In this document: positions 39,820 to 52,800 of the stretch, one piece after another
Layout of the letters: the number at the start of each line of letters is the position of its first letter
How positions within the stretch are numbered: the first letter of the stretch is position 1
Source of the DNA: Camelus ferus
Lineage: Eukaryota
Direction of reading: 5' to 3'
DNA: 64,000 nucleotides
NCBI RefSeq assembly: GCF_009834535.1
Contig: NC_045705.1
Span: forward strand, 66,588,001-66,652,000
Notes under the pieces: generated by a model
Told to the model about the DNA's origin: nothing
Databases searched by the model: none
What the model saw: only the letters and a program-made list of their open reading frames with translations
Made by a program: the position numbers and the translations under genes

Positions 39820-40310
39820 GGCCTAAAATAATCCAGCCTGCCCCTTGGCACCTTATTGCGACCCCTCTGACTCATCTTTCTCCCCCTCGCTCCGCTCCAC
39901 GGTAATTGGCCACCTTGCTTTTCTGGAACACTCCAGGCACCCGCCCACCTTAGGTTTCACAATAGCTGTCAGGAGCGCTGTGGTCCCAGATGTCCACAGG
40001 GCTTACTTCTTCCCCTCCTTCAAGCCTTTGCTCAAATCTTCCCTTTGCAGTGAGCCTTACACAGACTATCCTAATAAACCGGCATCCTTTGCCCTTTATT
40101 TCCTCTTACCTTTTCTACTTTTTCTTTTTTCCACAGTACTAATCGCCCTCTACATTCTATCATTCTGTGTGCATAGGTACCACATTTACAGTTTACGGTC
40201 TGTTTCCTCTCAGTAGAATGTAACTTTACAAAGGGTAGGGGTCTTTGTTTTGTTCAGTGATGTAGACCAAGCATGAACACCTAGCAGGTGCTGGATAAAT
40301 ATTTGCTAAC
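39820..40310 (+). mobile_element. L2 fragment
   Basis: Ends CACCTAGCAGGTGCTGGATAAATATTTG. Confidence 0.65.
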
Positions 40311-41011
40311 TAATGGAATGGAAAGATACACGAGAAACTGGTAACAGTTGTTACCCTCAAGAAGACCTGAGGTCTTGGAGGGAAGGATGCACACTCTTGT
40401 GTACTTTGTGCCATGTGTCTGTATTAACTGGTAAAAATTTAATGAAAAACTTTAGCTCTACCAACAGTAGAACCAGGAAAAGTGACAACCTGGACTCAAC
40501 TCCTTCATTTGACATATGATGGTCCACATGCAGAGCTATTAGGTAGGTTGCCCAAGGTTACACAGCTGGGATTTAAACCTGCATCTCTGAACTCCAGAAC
40601 ACTAGCTCTTAGACAGTATGCCACAGAGCCTCCTGGTCTGGGGCTCTAATCAGCCCATCTAATGTAGTGTGATGGAAATGCTAAACTGAGGTGTTTCAAA
40701 GGGGATGGTTTCCACCTGGCTGACACTTCCCATGACAATGAACTTCAGGGACTGGTCTCAGTTCTTCTGGTATATGAGATTTTGGCTGTATTGTGTGTGG
40801 CTTGACATAAATGGGAATGAGGGGCTTGGGGAATTTTTATGAGAACTTCATGGTCCAAACAAAGTGTTAATTTCAGTCCCCTGGGAGTTGGAAGCACAAT
40901 TCTCCTGAACCCTGCACAGCCAGATATTTCTTCTTTCAAAGCAGTCAAAAGGTCTGGATGAGTTGCTGGGTGTGTGGGGGTGAGGGAGGGGTCTGAGGGC
41001 ACTTGGCCTGG

Positions 41012-43582
41012 TCAGAGAGTAATGGGAGTATTCCCAGGAACAATCAGAGGCTGGCTGCTGGGCTTCCCGGACAGGGAGGCCTGATGGGAGACCTTCTGGG
41101 CCCGGACCAGGTGGTGGACCCGCCGCCGCTGCTGCAGCCAGTACAGCATCTCTACTTTGTCACGTTTCATCTTGTCCAGGTACCGCCGCCCCTTGAAGGT
41201 CACTGGCTCCCCAAAGATTAACTCAATCTCCTCCAGAAGGGGAATCAAAGGAGCCTCCACTAGATTGAGCTTCCTGTGTAGATGACTGCGGATCTGATTC
41301 TCCTCCAGGAAGCGACTCAGGCCCATGTCAGTCTTTTGGAAGAAGCGGTTAGGGTCGGAGGCTTGTCGCTCAAACCACTCTAGTCTCCCCAGCATTATCT
41401 CTCGCAGCTGAATGGGCTGCAAGGCCCGCTCCCAGGCACTCACCAAGAAAGGCAGCTGCCTCAGATGGGCATTGGAGCTGTACTTGATGGCCATGTCCAG
41501 CCGGTCCTTGTCGGGGACCTCAAGCATGGACCACAGCCACTCCAGACGCTTCTGCAGGCTCAGGATTTTGTGAGATTCTTCCAGGAGGTGGCTCCTCTTA
41601 GTTCCTAGCCTGTGCCCCAGCACCGTGTTCCAATCCCACTCTCCTGGCACAAAGTCTGGCTCATCGTCTTCTAGCAAGGGAGGTGGGCGCTGAATCTTTA
41701 GGGACTCTCTTACAGGGGCCACGATCTCCACAGGCGCCTCCTCTTCATACATTTGGAAGATGACATGGAGGAAATCTGTCTCCTGGTTGATGAGGTACTT
41801 GAAGTAGTCACCCACAGACAAAGTGGTTTCCCACCAGTTCATCCATGAGGTCTTCTTAGGCCGCCTCTCCCAGCTTTTGCTTCCTTGGGATGATGTGAGG
41901 GAGGACATCCTATCAGGGTTGGACTGTAAAGGGTTTTCTCTCTGGAAATAAAGTCCAGCCAGCTTGGGGTTGATGACACGATGCTGTTTTTCTTGACATA
42001 TAAAGTCTGAGGACAGGAAGGTCGACCAGTCTTTATCGGCTGCAAGCTCAACCAGGGGTCCCTGGTCAAAAGAGAAGTGCTTATTAGAGACATGGTTCAT
42101 TAGCTCCTTGTAGACCTCCTGGATGTTACTGCCAACAGAGCGATCAATATCCATTTCCTTAATGAGTTTGGGTTCTAGTTCACCAGTCAGGTGGTTGTAT
42201 AGAACTCCAGCCCCCTCGACATGAAAGGAGTCCAAAAAATTTCTCTCTGAGAACTGCACAGCAGCTGTCTGGACCACGACCTTATTTCTTAGCTTCAAAG
42301 GAACTGTCACTGGCTGTGGCTGAAGTGGAGGGCATCTGAGGGGCTGGAGGTCCCACTGCCCAGCAGCTTCACTCTCCTCAAGGTCCTTCAACATTCTCTG
42401 CAGCTCTTCCATGTGATGTGCTGTAGCTGGGCGGTGGGTCAGGGCCGCCAGGAGCAGGGGCAGGCCTGAGTCCAGCGGTGAGTAGCGAGTGCACTCCAGT
42501 TTCATGTTCTTCATCATCTGCTCCAGGTCTTCAGCCACTGTGTCCCTTGCCAACTCTGGTTTGCTCTCTGCAACCAGGACCAGTGGGGTTAAGGGGCGTG
42601 GAGAGAGCGGAGGAAGGCCCAACTCATCTTCGAGCTTCCAGCCCTCACGCAGAGAGGGCATGGACTGGCCTCTACGGAGCTGGGAGTAGAGGGGCAAGTG
42701 GGAGGAGGAAGGAGCCGGGCTAGCGGGAGTCACAGAGTACGTAGGCAGTGCCTCAATCTGTGAATTGAAGTTGCTTTCTCTCTTCTGCATGGAGGACAGC
42801 CAGCGGAGAAGCTTTTTCTTCTTCAGCTGGGGAATGGACTTCAGTTCCTTCACTGGATCCAGTTCAGACTCACCGACAAAATCTCGCGGGCGGCTGAGAT
42901 GGATGAGGTAGTTCAGATTGAGGTTGAAATATGGCACTTGGGCGAAGCCAGTGCTGTGATGCCACGGGATAGGGCAGAGCTTGAAAGCCCCAGCGGGGCC
43001 GACGGGGCGCAGCCTGGGCACGCAGGCTTGGGCCTGCTCTAGGGCGCGGAAGTCAGCGAGCAGGCTACGGTAGACCTCGGGGCTGGTGAGGAGGACTGTG
43101 CAGTCCCTGGCGAGGCGGGCGGCCAACCGGGTGAGAGTGGCTGATTCAGTGAAGACACCTGCGGCGGTCGACATGATCTTCTGAAGGTGCAGATAGCGTA
43201 TGAAGAGCTGCTCGCTGCTGAGCAGCATATAGACCTGGAGCCGCTTCCGCAGCCTCAGATTGTTCAAGTGGCTCAGACTAGGTTCGGTGGGAGGCTCCTG
43301 CCAGCTGCACTTTAGCTCATCCAGAATGACTTGGGTGAAACGGAGTCGCACCTCGGAAGGCGCTCGCGCCTCCAGCCCGCTGCTGGCCAGCCGTTCAGCT
43401 ACCTGGCGGCAGAGCGACTCCACCGTCAGCCGTGAGACCGGCTGGGGCAGCAGCATCGGGACCTCCTGCGGGAGGTGCTTCTGAGACTCTGTGCGCGTCG
43501 CCCTGCCGGGGAAGAGCGACAGCGGACGCAGCAATCGGTGGTAAAACCGCTGGAGCTCGGGCTCGGGTTTATAAGGCTCCAT
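41012..43582 (-). CDS. CCDC87: Coiled-coil domain-containing protein 87, single coding exon, 856 aa
   Basis: Uninterrupted 2571-nt frame from the ATG at 43582 (MEPYKPEPELQRFYHRLLRPLSLFP) to the TGA at 41014-41012. The N-terminus and the C-terminal KGRRYLDKMKRDKVEMLYWLQQ match CCDC87 as I recall it. It lies head-to-head with CCS as in other mammals. Confidence 0.96.
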   Translation of the reverse strand: MEPYKPEPELQRFYHRLLRPLSLFPGRATRTESQKHLPQEVPMLLPQPVSRLTVESLCRQVAERLASSGLEARAPSEVRLRFTQVILDELKCSWQEPPTEPSLSHLNNLRLRKRLQVYMLLSSEQLFIRYLHLQKIMSTAAGVFTESATLTRLAARLARDCTVLLTSPEVYRSLLADFRALEQAQACVPRLRPVGPAGAFKLCPIPWHHSTGFAQVPYFNLNLNYLIHLSRPRDFVGESELDPVKELKSIPQLKKKKLLRWLSSMQKRESNFNSQIEALPTYSVTPASPAPSSSHLPLYSQLRRGQSMPSLREGWKLEDELGLPPLSPRPLTPLVLVAESKPELARDTVAEDLEQMMKNMKLECTRYSPLDSGLPLLLAALTHRPATAHHMEELQRMLKDLEESEAAGQWDLQPLRCPPLQPQPVTVPLKLRNKVVVQTAAVQFSERNFLDSFHVEGAGVLYNHLTGELEPKLIKEMDIDRSVGSNIQEVYKELMNHVSNKHFSFDQGPLVELAADKDWSTFLSSDFICQEKQHRVINPKLAGLYFQRENPLQSNPDRMSSLTSSQGSKSWERRPKKTSWMNWWETTLSVGDYFKYLINQETDFLHVIFQMYEEEAPVEIVAPVRESLKIQRPPPLLEDDEPDFVPGEWDWNTVLGHRLGTKRSHLLEESHKILSLQKRLEWLWSMLEVPDKDRLDMAIKYSSNAHLRQLPFLVSAWERALQPIQLREIMLGRLEWFERQASDPNRFFQKTDMGLSRFLEENQIRSHLHRKLNLVEAPLIPLLEEIELIFGEPVTFKGRRYLDKMKRDKVEMLYWLQQRRRVHHLVRAQKVSHQASLSGKPSSQPLIVPGNTPITL

Positions 43583-43855
43583 CTTAGCTCTGACAGCGCT
43601 GGCGGCTCCGGCGTTGGGAAGAGTAGGCAAAGTGGTTACTAAGGCAACGACTGTCCGGATGGCCCAAGTGCGCTTGCGCGGCCCGTGACCGCCGCCGCGT
43701 GGCTATTGAAGGGAGTGGCAGGGCCTTGCATGCGCACGCACCAGGAGGCGGGGCAAGGAGCGGCTTCCCAGGCTCTGCCTCTCCGCGACGCTACTCGGGA
43801 TTGGAGCTTAAGGACCTTTACAGTTCGGGTCCTCCGGCTGGTGTCTGGGTTCAGG
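43583..43855. promoter_or_regulatory. Compact bidirectional CpG-island promoter shared by CCDC87 and CCS
   Basis: Only 273 nt separate the two ATGs. It contains NRF1-like TGCGCTTGCGCG 43669-43680 and TGCATGCGCA 43727-43736, and a GC box near 43748. CpG-rich sequence extends roughly 42900-44350. Confidence 0.85.
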
Positions 43856-46800
43856 ATGGCATCGGACTCAGAGGACCGCGGGGCTGCCTGCACGGTGAGG
43901 GTCGAGGCCTCAAGTGGGAGCCTTGCACGGCAGAGAACCTCAGCCCCTGGGGTGATCTCTAACTCGGGAATGGGGGAGGGAGCGGGCACCCAGGTGGAGG
44001 CCTGGGGCCGGGGCTTAACACTGGAATGTGAGAGTAGCAGGGCTCTTGGCGTTAATTTTGGGAGGTGTTGGTCCTGGAGTGATCTTGAGTGATAAGGAAG
44101 AAGGCGCTTGAGAAGGAGTCACGTGGGGCGTTACTCCATGCCGTTGGAGGTGGTCGTGGGGGTGGGTAGTGAAACAGGATCACGCTGGAAGGTTCTCGAG
44201 CTCTTATCGACCAGTCCCTGCCACCCTTGCAGCTGGAGTTCGCGGTGCAGATGACCTGTCAGAGCTGCGTGGACGCGGTGCGCACGTCCCTGAAAGGGAT
44301 AGCAGGTAAGAACCAGAAGAACTTTTATGCTCACAGTCCGGATGCCTCTGGGAGTGGAGAGTTCTGAGCAAAGCTTTCCGAGGATGTTGGGCTCTCTGCC
44401 TCCTGTAAAACATTCTTGCTGGAAGAGCAGCTGGACTTATGTTGGACATAGGGCAGTTTTTCTCCCTCAGCAGATTTCTTAGAAACCAGATAAAGACTTC
44501 TGGTGACTCTACGTTTTCTGGTCTGGGTATCTGGAATCGGCTTGGCTTTCTCATGGGTTGGCTGGGAAATTGTAGCTTCTCAGAATGCAGAGAGGGAGAG
44601 AGAGAAAGAGAGAGATTGCTTGATTAGGGGATTTGCCCTCTCCAGGAGGCCTGGGATTTGGGGAGGAGGATTCTGCTCTCCTCCTAGGGGTAAGTGGAAG
44701 GACCTCCTAGCCCAAGGCTCACTTCCTTGAACCCTTATCACTCACCCTAGAGTTCCCTATGGCCTAATCTTATCTTCCTCACTGGGCCCTGAGCTAAGAC
44801 AGGTGCTGGCCTGGCCACCCTCTGCACCAGCTGAATGAAACTGCTGCTCTGCTGGGGAGCCACCCTTCTTGGTTCAGACTCAGGTCAAGAGTTCTGGGCT
44901 TCCCCCGGGGGCCCTCCACACTTCAGGTGCAGAGAAGCAGCTCTTCATACACCCAGAGCAGGAACCCACCTGTGCCAAAGCCAGGCCATCAGAAAGTCTT
45001 GTGTGCTGTGTATCTACATCCCTCCTTTTCCGTACTTTGGTTTTCACATCAATCCAAGCCACCTCACAGCTCCCCGACCCACACAAGAACTTCATCTGTG
45101 GGCTCTCTATTGTCTCTGTTGCTCTCTCCAGTAGCTTTTTCACATAAAATCCAGAGTGATTTTTGAAATCATACATCAGATATTGTCACTGCCTTGCTTA
45201 AACTCCTCTAAAAGTCATAATGTTTAAGAGTTTCCCAGGGGCCAGGCACTGTTCTCAGTGCTGTATGTGAGATAATTAATCCATTTAGGTCTTCAGTAGC
45301 CCCCTTAGGTAGGTAGTATTATTATCTCCATTTGCAGATGAAGAAACTGAAAAGAAAACTCAACAGAAAGGTTGAGTAAGTTGTCTAAGGCCACACAGCT
45401 AGTATGTGGCAGACTCAGGATTTCAACTCTGGAGCCCACACCCTCAACCACTGTACTCTGTTCCATCTCCCAAAGGCCTCCCATTGCATTAAAATTAAAT
45501 TCCATATTCCTTCCTGTTGCCTGCAGGGCTTTGCTTCACTAGTCTCCACTTTCAACTTCATATCTTATTATTTTCTTCACTCCAGCTCCAGCCACTCTGG
45601 TCTTTCTCTTAGAGCACATAGATGTCGTTCCTGCCTCAGGGCGTTTGCCCAGACTGTTCCCTTTGCTGGAATGCTCTTTCCTGACTACATTCAGGCCTTT
45701 GCTTAAAGGCTTAGAGAGACCTTTCTTGACCAGCTGGTTGAAGTGGCTGCCCCCCACCTCCACTTCGTTGTTCCCTAATATCTGTTTCATTGATCACACT
45801 TTTAACTTTCTGAATCTCCCTGTGCATGTAATTGATATGTCTGTATTCCTGCACTGGAACACATGCTGCGTTATGGGACAGAGACATCACCTGACTTGTT
45901 CCCTGCTCTATCCCTACTGCCTGTAACTTGGTGCATGATAGGTGCTTAGTATACATTTGTTAAATGAATGAATTGGCAAGTGAATCCCTTGCACTGCATG
46001 CTTGTTTGAGCCCTGGGAGGCTCAGAAAATCAATCCTTTGGGGCCCAGTCCTACTTCCTGTGGGACAAGGGGACCAAGCATCAGCTTTGGGGTTGGACGG
46101 GCTGCCCTCTGAGCTTTTTTGATCTCAAGCCAGTTGTGTAACCTCCAGCCTCATTTCCTCACCTGCCAGAGGAAGACGGCATCACTGTCCTGATGTGCAC
46201 ACAGCTCCCGACATTCCCCAGAGGCTTAGCTCACAAGAGTTCTCTGCCATCCTCCCTACACCCCCTTTGCATCCATAGGTTCCTCTAGTTGGACCCTGAG
46301 CCCCAAGGCCTCAGGCTACCATGTGGCCCAGGATGAGATGTTGTGTGAAGTGGCAGGCAGGCTGGTTATTTGGGGGGTTTTCTTCTCCCAGAATTGCCCT
46401 GTACCTGCCAGGGAGGAGATGGGTGTGTCTGCCTGATCTCTGTTTACAGATTCTGCCCCTCCCCCTCGGTGTCACTGATGCTGCAGGGGACCTGAAGAAG
46501 CAATCCCATGAGACCTCGTGTAACCACAGGCCAAATGCTCCTGTCTCTCAGGTGCTACCTCATCCCAGTAGCATTTCCCAGTTGGAAGGAATCTGAACAG
46601 CTGAGGTTCCTTGTCTGTACCTCAGAGCTTGTTATTCCCTTCTCTGCCTGATGGTTAATCCAGGCGTAGTCTGGGTTATCTCTCCTCCTGTGAGCTCCGT
46701 GAAGACTAGGACCAGTGCTTTTCCTGACCCTGGTCTCCTCCATGCCCAGCACACATTTGTTCAAAGAATATGGAGGAGGGAAACCAAGGATGAAGGGGGC

Positions 46801-49800
46801 ACCAACAGTCAGTGTAGCCTTCAGCTCACAGAGTACTAGCTCAACAGAGAGAAATGCTTCATTTAACCTGTGTCTTCTGGGCTGCCCGTGACTCCCGGCT
46901 CCTGTGGGCTCTACCCCCACAGAGCAACAAACACACACACAGAACAGAATGGTTGTAAGTCCAACAGGTGAGCTCAGCATTCAGCGTTCCCAACCCATCT
47001 GTGCTCTGGCTAAGGAGTCAAGAATTCTCTTAAAAGGCTTAGGAGCCTTGAATACCTGAATGGAAGAGAAGCCCCTCTCATCCTTCTTTGAGTGGGCTCG
47101 ATGGCCCTCAAAGCTGAGCATATGTCAGAATCATCCTGCAGGCTGTGTACACACCACGGTGACTTCAGGGATTTGGAGGGCAGTTGAAGCACAGTGAGTT
47201 TTGAAGCTGACCCTTGTGGACCACACAGAGTTCCAGCCCACACAGAGGATTCTAAGCAGTGCAGTGTGAGTCACATGGGGAAAGAGGAGCTGCTACAGGA
47301 GGACCAAGGAGGGGTCTCCAGCCCATCCTGGGGGCTGGGAGCTTCTTCTCGAGGTGAGCAGTGCACAGGCAGAGTCCTCGGGCTCTGGAATTAGGCTGCC
47401 TAGGACTCCCAGTCCTACAGTTTGACTTTGAAGAAGTTTCTTAATTTCTCTGTCTCATCTTTCTCACCTGTGATGTGGGGATAATTTCACAATTACTTGA
47501 GTTAATACAGGTAAAGTACAAAAAAGTCCACAGTGCATGCTCAGTAAATGTTAGCTTTCATGATGATAATAATAGCTCCCTCTTTGTTAAGCATGTGCCA
47601 ACTTTATTGAGATGTAATTCATATATCATCCATTTACAATTCATCCATTAAAGTATACAATCTAATGGTTTTTAGTATAGTCACAGAGTTGCACAACCAT
47701 TACCACTCTCACTTTTATATTTCATCACCTCTTGAAGAAATTGTACCCCTCCGCTATCACCCTCCTGGCCCCCTACCCCCATCTACTTTCTGTCTCTATA
47801 GATTTACCTATTTTGAACATTTCACCCANNNNNNNNNNNNNNNNNNNNNNNNNNNNNNNNNNNNNNNNNNNNNNNNNNNNNNNNNNNNNNNNNNNNNNNN
47901 NNNNNNNNNNNNNNNNNNNNNNNNNNNNNNNNNNNNNNNNNNNNNNNNNNNNNNNNNNNNNNNNNNNNNNNNNNNNNNNNNNNNNNNNNNNNNNNNNNNN
48001 NNNNNNNNNNNCACCTTTTGACCATCATGAATAATGTGGCTATTGATAGCCCACTTTTATAAAAAGATTTTTAAAAGAATCATCTATGTTTCATAAGTTA
48101 TAGATGACATTTGGCACAAAATAAGGACTCACAAGGATCCTGGGGGCAAAGTGGCATTATCCCCACTTTATAAAGAAACAAACTCAGGGAGGTTAAGGGC
48201 CTTACTCAGTGAGAAGGCAGCCTCTGAGCTTGCCTCCGGCCATGGGCAAGTTGCTGAAGATCTGTTTCTTTCTTCCCTGCTCCCAGAACAGGGGTGCCAG
48301 CCCCCTCCTGCCCTCTGCCCTCTCCTGCCCTCTACCTTCTCTGTTCTCTCAGGTGTCCAGAGTGTGGAGGTGCAGTTGGAGAACCAGATGGTCCTGGTGC
48401 AGACCACCCTGCCCAGCCATGAGGTGCAGGCCCTTCTAGAAGGCACTGGACGGCAGGCGGTACTCAAGGGCATGGGCAGTGGCCTGTTGCGTGAGTAACC
48501 ACTGTGACCTTGGCCTTGGCCTCTCTGGGAGGAAGGTGTGCTGGGTGTGGTACAGACCTAACCATAGGATTTAGGGGCTTTGGGTTGGAGTGGCTTTGGA
48601 GACTGTGTGAAGTTATGGGGGGCTCTGCATGGCCTTTCCAAGCTGATGAAGGGGTGGGGCTGGCTGAGATAGTGAGCCAGTCCTGGTGTCTAATGCCTTA
48701 CAGAGAATCTGGGGGCAGCAGTGGCCATTCTGGAGGGGCCAGGCCCTGTGCAGGGGGTGGTGCGCTTCCTGCAGCTGACCCCTGAGTGCTGCCTCATCGA
48801 GGGGACCATTGACGGCCTGAAGCCTGGGCTACACGGACTCCATGTCCATCAGTTCGGGGACCTCACAAGGAACTGCAACAGGTCAGTCCTCGTGCCATGC
48901 CTCGTAGCATCATCATCGCCCCAGCTGTGCACCCACGCTGTGCAGGGGGCTGTATTCAGCCCTTTACAGACATCTTCACCTTTGGTCCTCACAAGCACCC
49001 TGGGAGGCATATACACACAGGCTTGGTCTACAGATGAGGAAACTGAGATTCAAAGAGGTTAAAATGGCTGTCAAAGGCCCTAGAGCATGTAAATAGGAGA
49101 GTGGGGATTTGAGCCAAAATCTGACCTTGACGCTTCCGCTTGTAGCCACCTTACTGACTCGGAGACGGAAGGTGACTCCTGGCCACGGGAGGGTCAGTTC
49201 TCCGTGTCGTGGTGTTTGTCATGCTGTGCTGCAATTAGTCCTTTACTCATCTGTGTCTCCCCAGGCAGCTTATTGAGGGCAGGTCCCACATCCAACTCTT
49301 CTTAGTGTCCTCAACCAAGAGCCTGGCACAGAGTGGGCCTGTTTGTTGAGTGAGTAAGTGAATGAGTGAATGAATGAATAAAACAAATGTAGTTAAAGTA
49401 AGAGGATGGATCACCCGGCCTGTGAACTGTTGTTTCGCTACCCACCTGCTATCTTTTCTTCTCAGCTGTGGGGACCACTTTAACCCTGATGGAATGTCTC
49501 ACGGGGGCCCCCAGGACTCTGACCGGGTAAGTGTTCATCTGGGCGAGGCTTGGGCTGAGAGAGACACCCAAGGTCTCCAAGGCAGGGCAGGCAGCTCTTG
49601 GGGCCTGAGAGTGGCATTCTTTTTTTGTTGGGGTCTTTTTCCCTCACTGTATTTTGTTCAGTTTAGAAACATTTATTGACACTTTCTGTGTTTAAGGCCT
49701 GCCCCCTAAGACTCACAGTCTGGTGAGGAAGACCCCTGAGGACTCCGCAGTTACAATGCGGGGAGGTGACCTTTTCAGGAGCCTGTGGGAGGCCCTGGGA

Positions 49801-52800
49801 GCCCAGAGCAAGCACCTGCTCCAGCCCATGGGGTGCAGGCAGTGAGAGGAGGCTTCCTGGAGGAGCTGGTGTTGTGGGAGTTAAAGGTTTTACCTAAACT
49901 AAAAAGGCCGTCCAGATGCTGCAGCTCCTGGCCCGCGAGTTTCATTTCACACCAGAGAATCGTTTCCCCATCAGCAGTGAGTCACGCGCTGCCTTAATGA
50001 TTTTTGCCTTATCTGAGTACTACTTGTTCTGTTAGTTACTCATTGTTTTGATTTAGTGGGGAGGGTAGAGCTCAGTGGTAGAGAGTTAGAGTGTGTGCTT
50101 AGCATGCATGAGGTCCTGGATTCAATCCCCAGTATCTCCATTAAAAACTAAATAAATAAATAAACTTAATTACCTCCCCCTCTGCCAAAAAAAAAGTTTT
50201 GATTTAAATTGACTCATATTTTTTCCTTAGGTAAATTTAGCTACTTTATTTTTAATGTTTTAATCCTTCACGGAAGGCTTCAAACATGTTCTGAAATAGA
50301 GAAACTAGAGTCCCGAACCCCCCTGTTCTGTCACCCGGCTGTAACAGTTACCAACTCATGGCCAGTCTTGTTTCATCTACACCCCTGGCCCTTCTCCACC
50401 ATAACTTTGAAGAAAATCAAGACATCATTTCGTGTAATTAAGGTAGATTTGTTTTTAACAAGAAACTTGATATTGCCCCAGAGAATGGAAAACCAGCACT
50501 TCTAGCCAGAAGAGGAGGCTCACTGTAAAAATGAATCAATGCAGGCCTAAAAAGTGCAATTAGAGTCCTGCCAGGGACTGAGGACTTCTTTATCTTTGTT
50601 AGAGTGATTAGCAAGTGTTAGGGGGCCTTAAAGACATGTTAATGCCAAACTGGAACTTTGTCCTGGACGTCACCCCAGGAGGACTGTCTTCTCTGCCGGT
50701 GGTGGGACGCTTCCTAAGCCCAGTCCACAAACGCCCAACTGCATCTCCTCCGCTTCCTGGGGAGCGAGTGCCCCCTCCCTGGGGATTCAGCAGCCTGGGC
50801 AAACAAATGAAAATACCGTGTGTGTTTCTTAATTGACGTAACTTATCTTTTGTTTTCTTGAATTTTGGCAGCGCTGTCACATTTCTAACAGTCAAAAGTT
50901 TCTTCTTCTCACGCCCCACCCCGCCCCGCCCCCTGGGAAGCTGGGGAAGCCTTTCTGTGGGTGCAGTGCCCAGCGCCATGCTTACACTGGGTGTGTCAGT
51001 TAGCTATGGCTGAGAATCAAATACTTCAAACTTGAGGGTTTCAAACAACAAGTATTGTCATATCACAGTTTCTCTGGGGCAGGGATCCGGGCGCAGCTTA
51101 GCTGGGGGCCCCTGGCTTATGGTTTCTCAAGGCTCGACATGGGAGGATCTGCTTCCACACTCACTCATGTTGCTGTTGGCAGGCCCCAGGTCCCCCTGGC
51201 TGTTGGCCAGAGACATCCATCCTTTGTCCCCGTGGGCCTCTCCCTAGGGGCAGCACACAGCACAGTAGCTGGTGTCCCTCAGAGCAAGTGAAGGGGGGTG
51301 GTTGTCCTAGACCAACGCCACACCCCTTTTTTATGTTCAGTGTTTTTTGTGGGGGGTCATTAGGTCTATTTATTTGTTTATTACTCAGGATTTTTTTTTT
51401 TTTGGCAGAGGTACTGGGGATTGAACCCAGGACCTCGTACATGCTAAGCATGTGCTCTACCATTTGAGCTGTACCCTACCCACAAAGCAACACTCTTGTT
51501 GTAACCTAATCTTGGAGGTGATGCCAGGTCCAGCTGACTCTCAGTGGTAGAGCACACAAGGGTGTGAATCCAGAGGTGCATCCTGGAGGCTGTCTTCCTC
51601 ATTGAGCCTTGAAAGGTGCTGAGCAGGAATTAGGCAGGTGGAGACGGAGAGGGAATGGCAGCCTCAGCGGGACACTGCACAGACAAAGCCCTGGAGGCAT
51701 GAACCAGCAAGAAGGAAGTCTTGGAACTGGCAGCCCTGTGCCTCTTCGGAGGTGGAGTTTCTGAAGGGCAAGAGGCTGCCTTGTGATTTGTGCCTTGGCG
51801 TGGGCCCATCTTGGGACAGGGCATCAAAGGGGCTGGAGCCAGCTGCTCTGTTGTCCCCAAGCCCTTGATATAGGCAGAGGAAGACTCGAGCAAGAGCTGT
51901 GTGTTCAAGCCGCCATGATGACTGGCACATCCTTTTGGATTTCAGCATCTGGTTTTGCCTAGATGGAAGTGAATTCAGTGTGAGAATTTACTTCCAAGCC
52001 TGGTTGTCCCTTTGCACATCTCCTAGCTGGTTTCTAAGCTTCCTTCCCTTCTCTCCTCATCCTTTCTCTTCATACACCGTATTAGAGGGATTCCTCCAAA
52101 GCGTGGGGTAACCATGTCATAACCCTTCATGGCTCCCCAGTGCCCAAGGGTATGGATGCTGCCCGGCTGCTTGTTGTGACATTCAGTGCCACCTGGCTCA
52201 TTTCCACCCACCCGTGCACAGGGGAGGGACTAGAAAAGCTGCCTCTCCCGACCTCCTGCTGCAGCTCATGCCCCCGGAGCATCACACCGGCCATTTGCTC
52301 CCTCCCAGTCCTGGAAACGCCTCCCTTTCCTTTATCTTCCTACCACAAAAGTCCCCAACACTAGGCGAAACAGAGAGTGCCAGGTGTAAGCAGCAGATGT
52401 CCCTCTGGAAAACAAGATAAAGGGAGAAGGGACTCTTCTTGCTACTTGCTTGGCAGCCCCAGCACATGGTGACATGCTTTGTGACCGACGTTTCCAGCAA
52501 GACCTTGTGTACCAGGCACAAAGGCACAGACTTTTACTTCTGCCTGAAGTGTCAGGTTTGGGGACAGACGTGGGTCTCTGTGACTCATCAGTAGGGTCTT
52601 GTCACCAGAAAACACTCTCAGGGTTGTACTAACCCTGTGTTTCGTAATCATTAGTCGGTTCCACGTCTGGCTCCCCGCCATGCCCCAAACCCCTTGAGGG
52701 TGGTTGACCGTGTCTGCACCCCCGCCCCGCCCGGCAGAGAGTATCTGACATAGGAGGTGCTCAGTTGCTGTGTTATGACACTTTAATTACCTCCAAGGGA

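Noticed and set aside
43583-43630. 16-codon N-terminal extension of CCDC87 in the ORF track (872 aa)
   Set aside because: It starts at TTG. The first ATG (43582) gives the N-terminus that matches known CCDC87.
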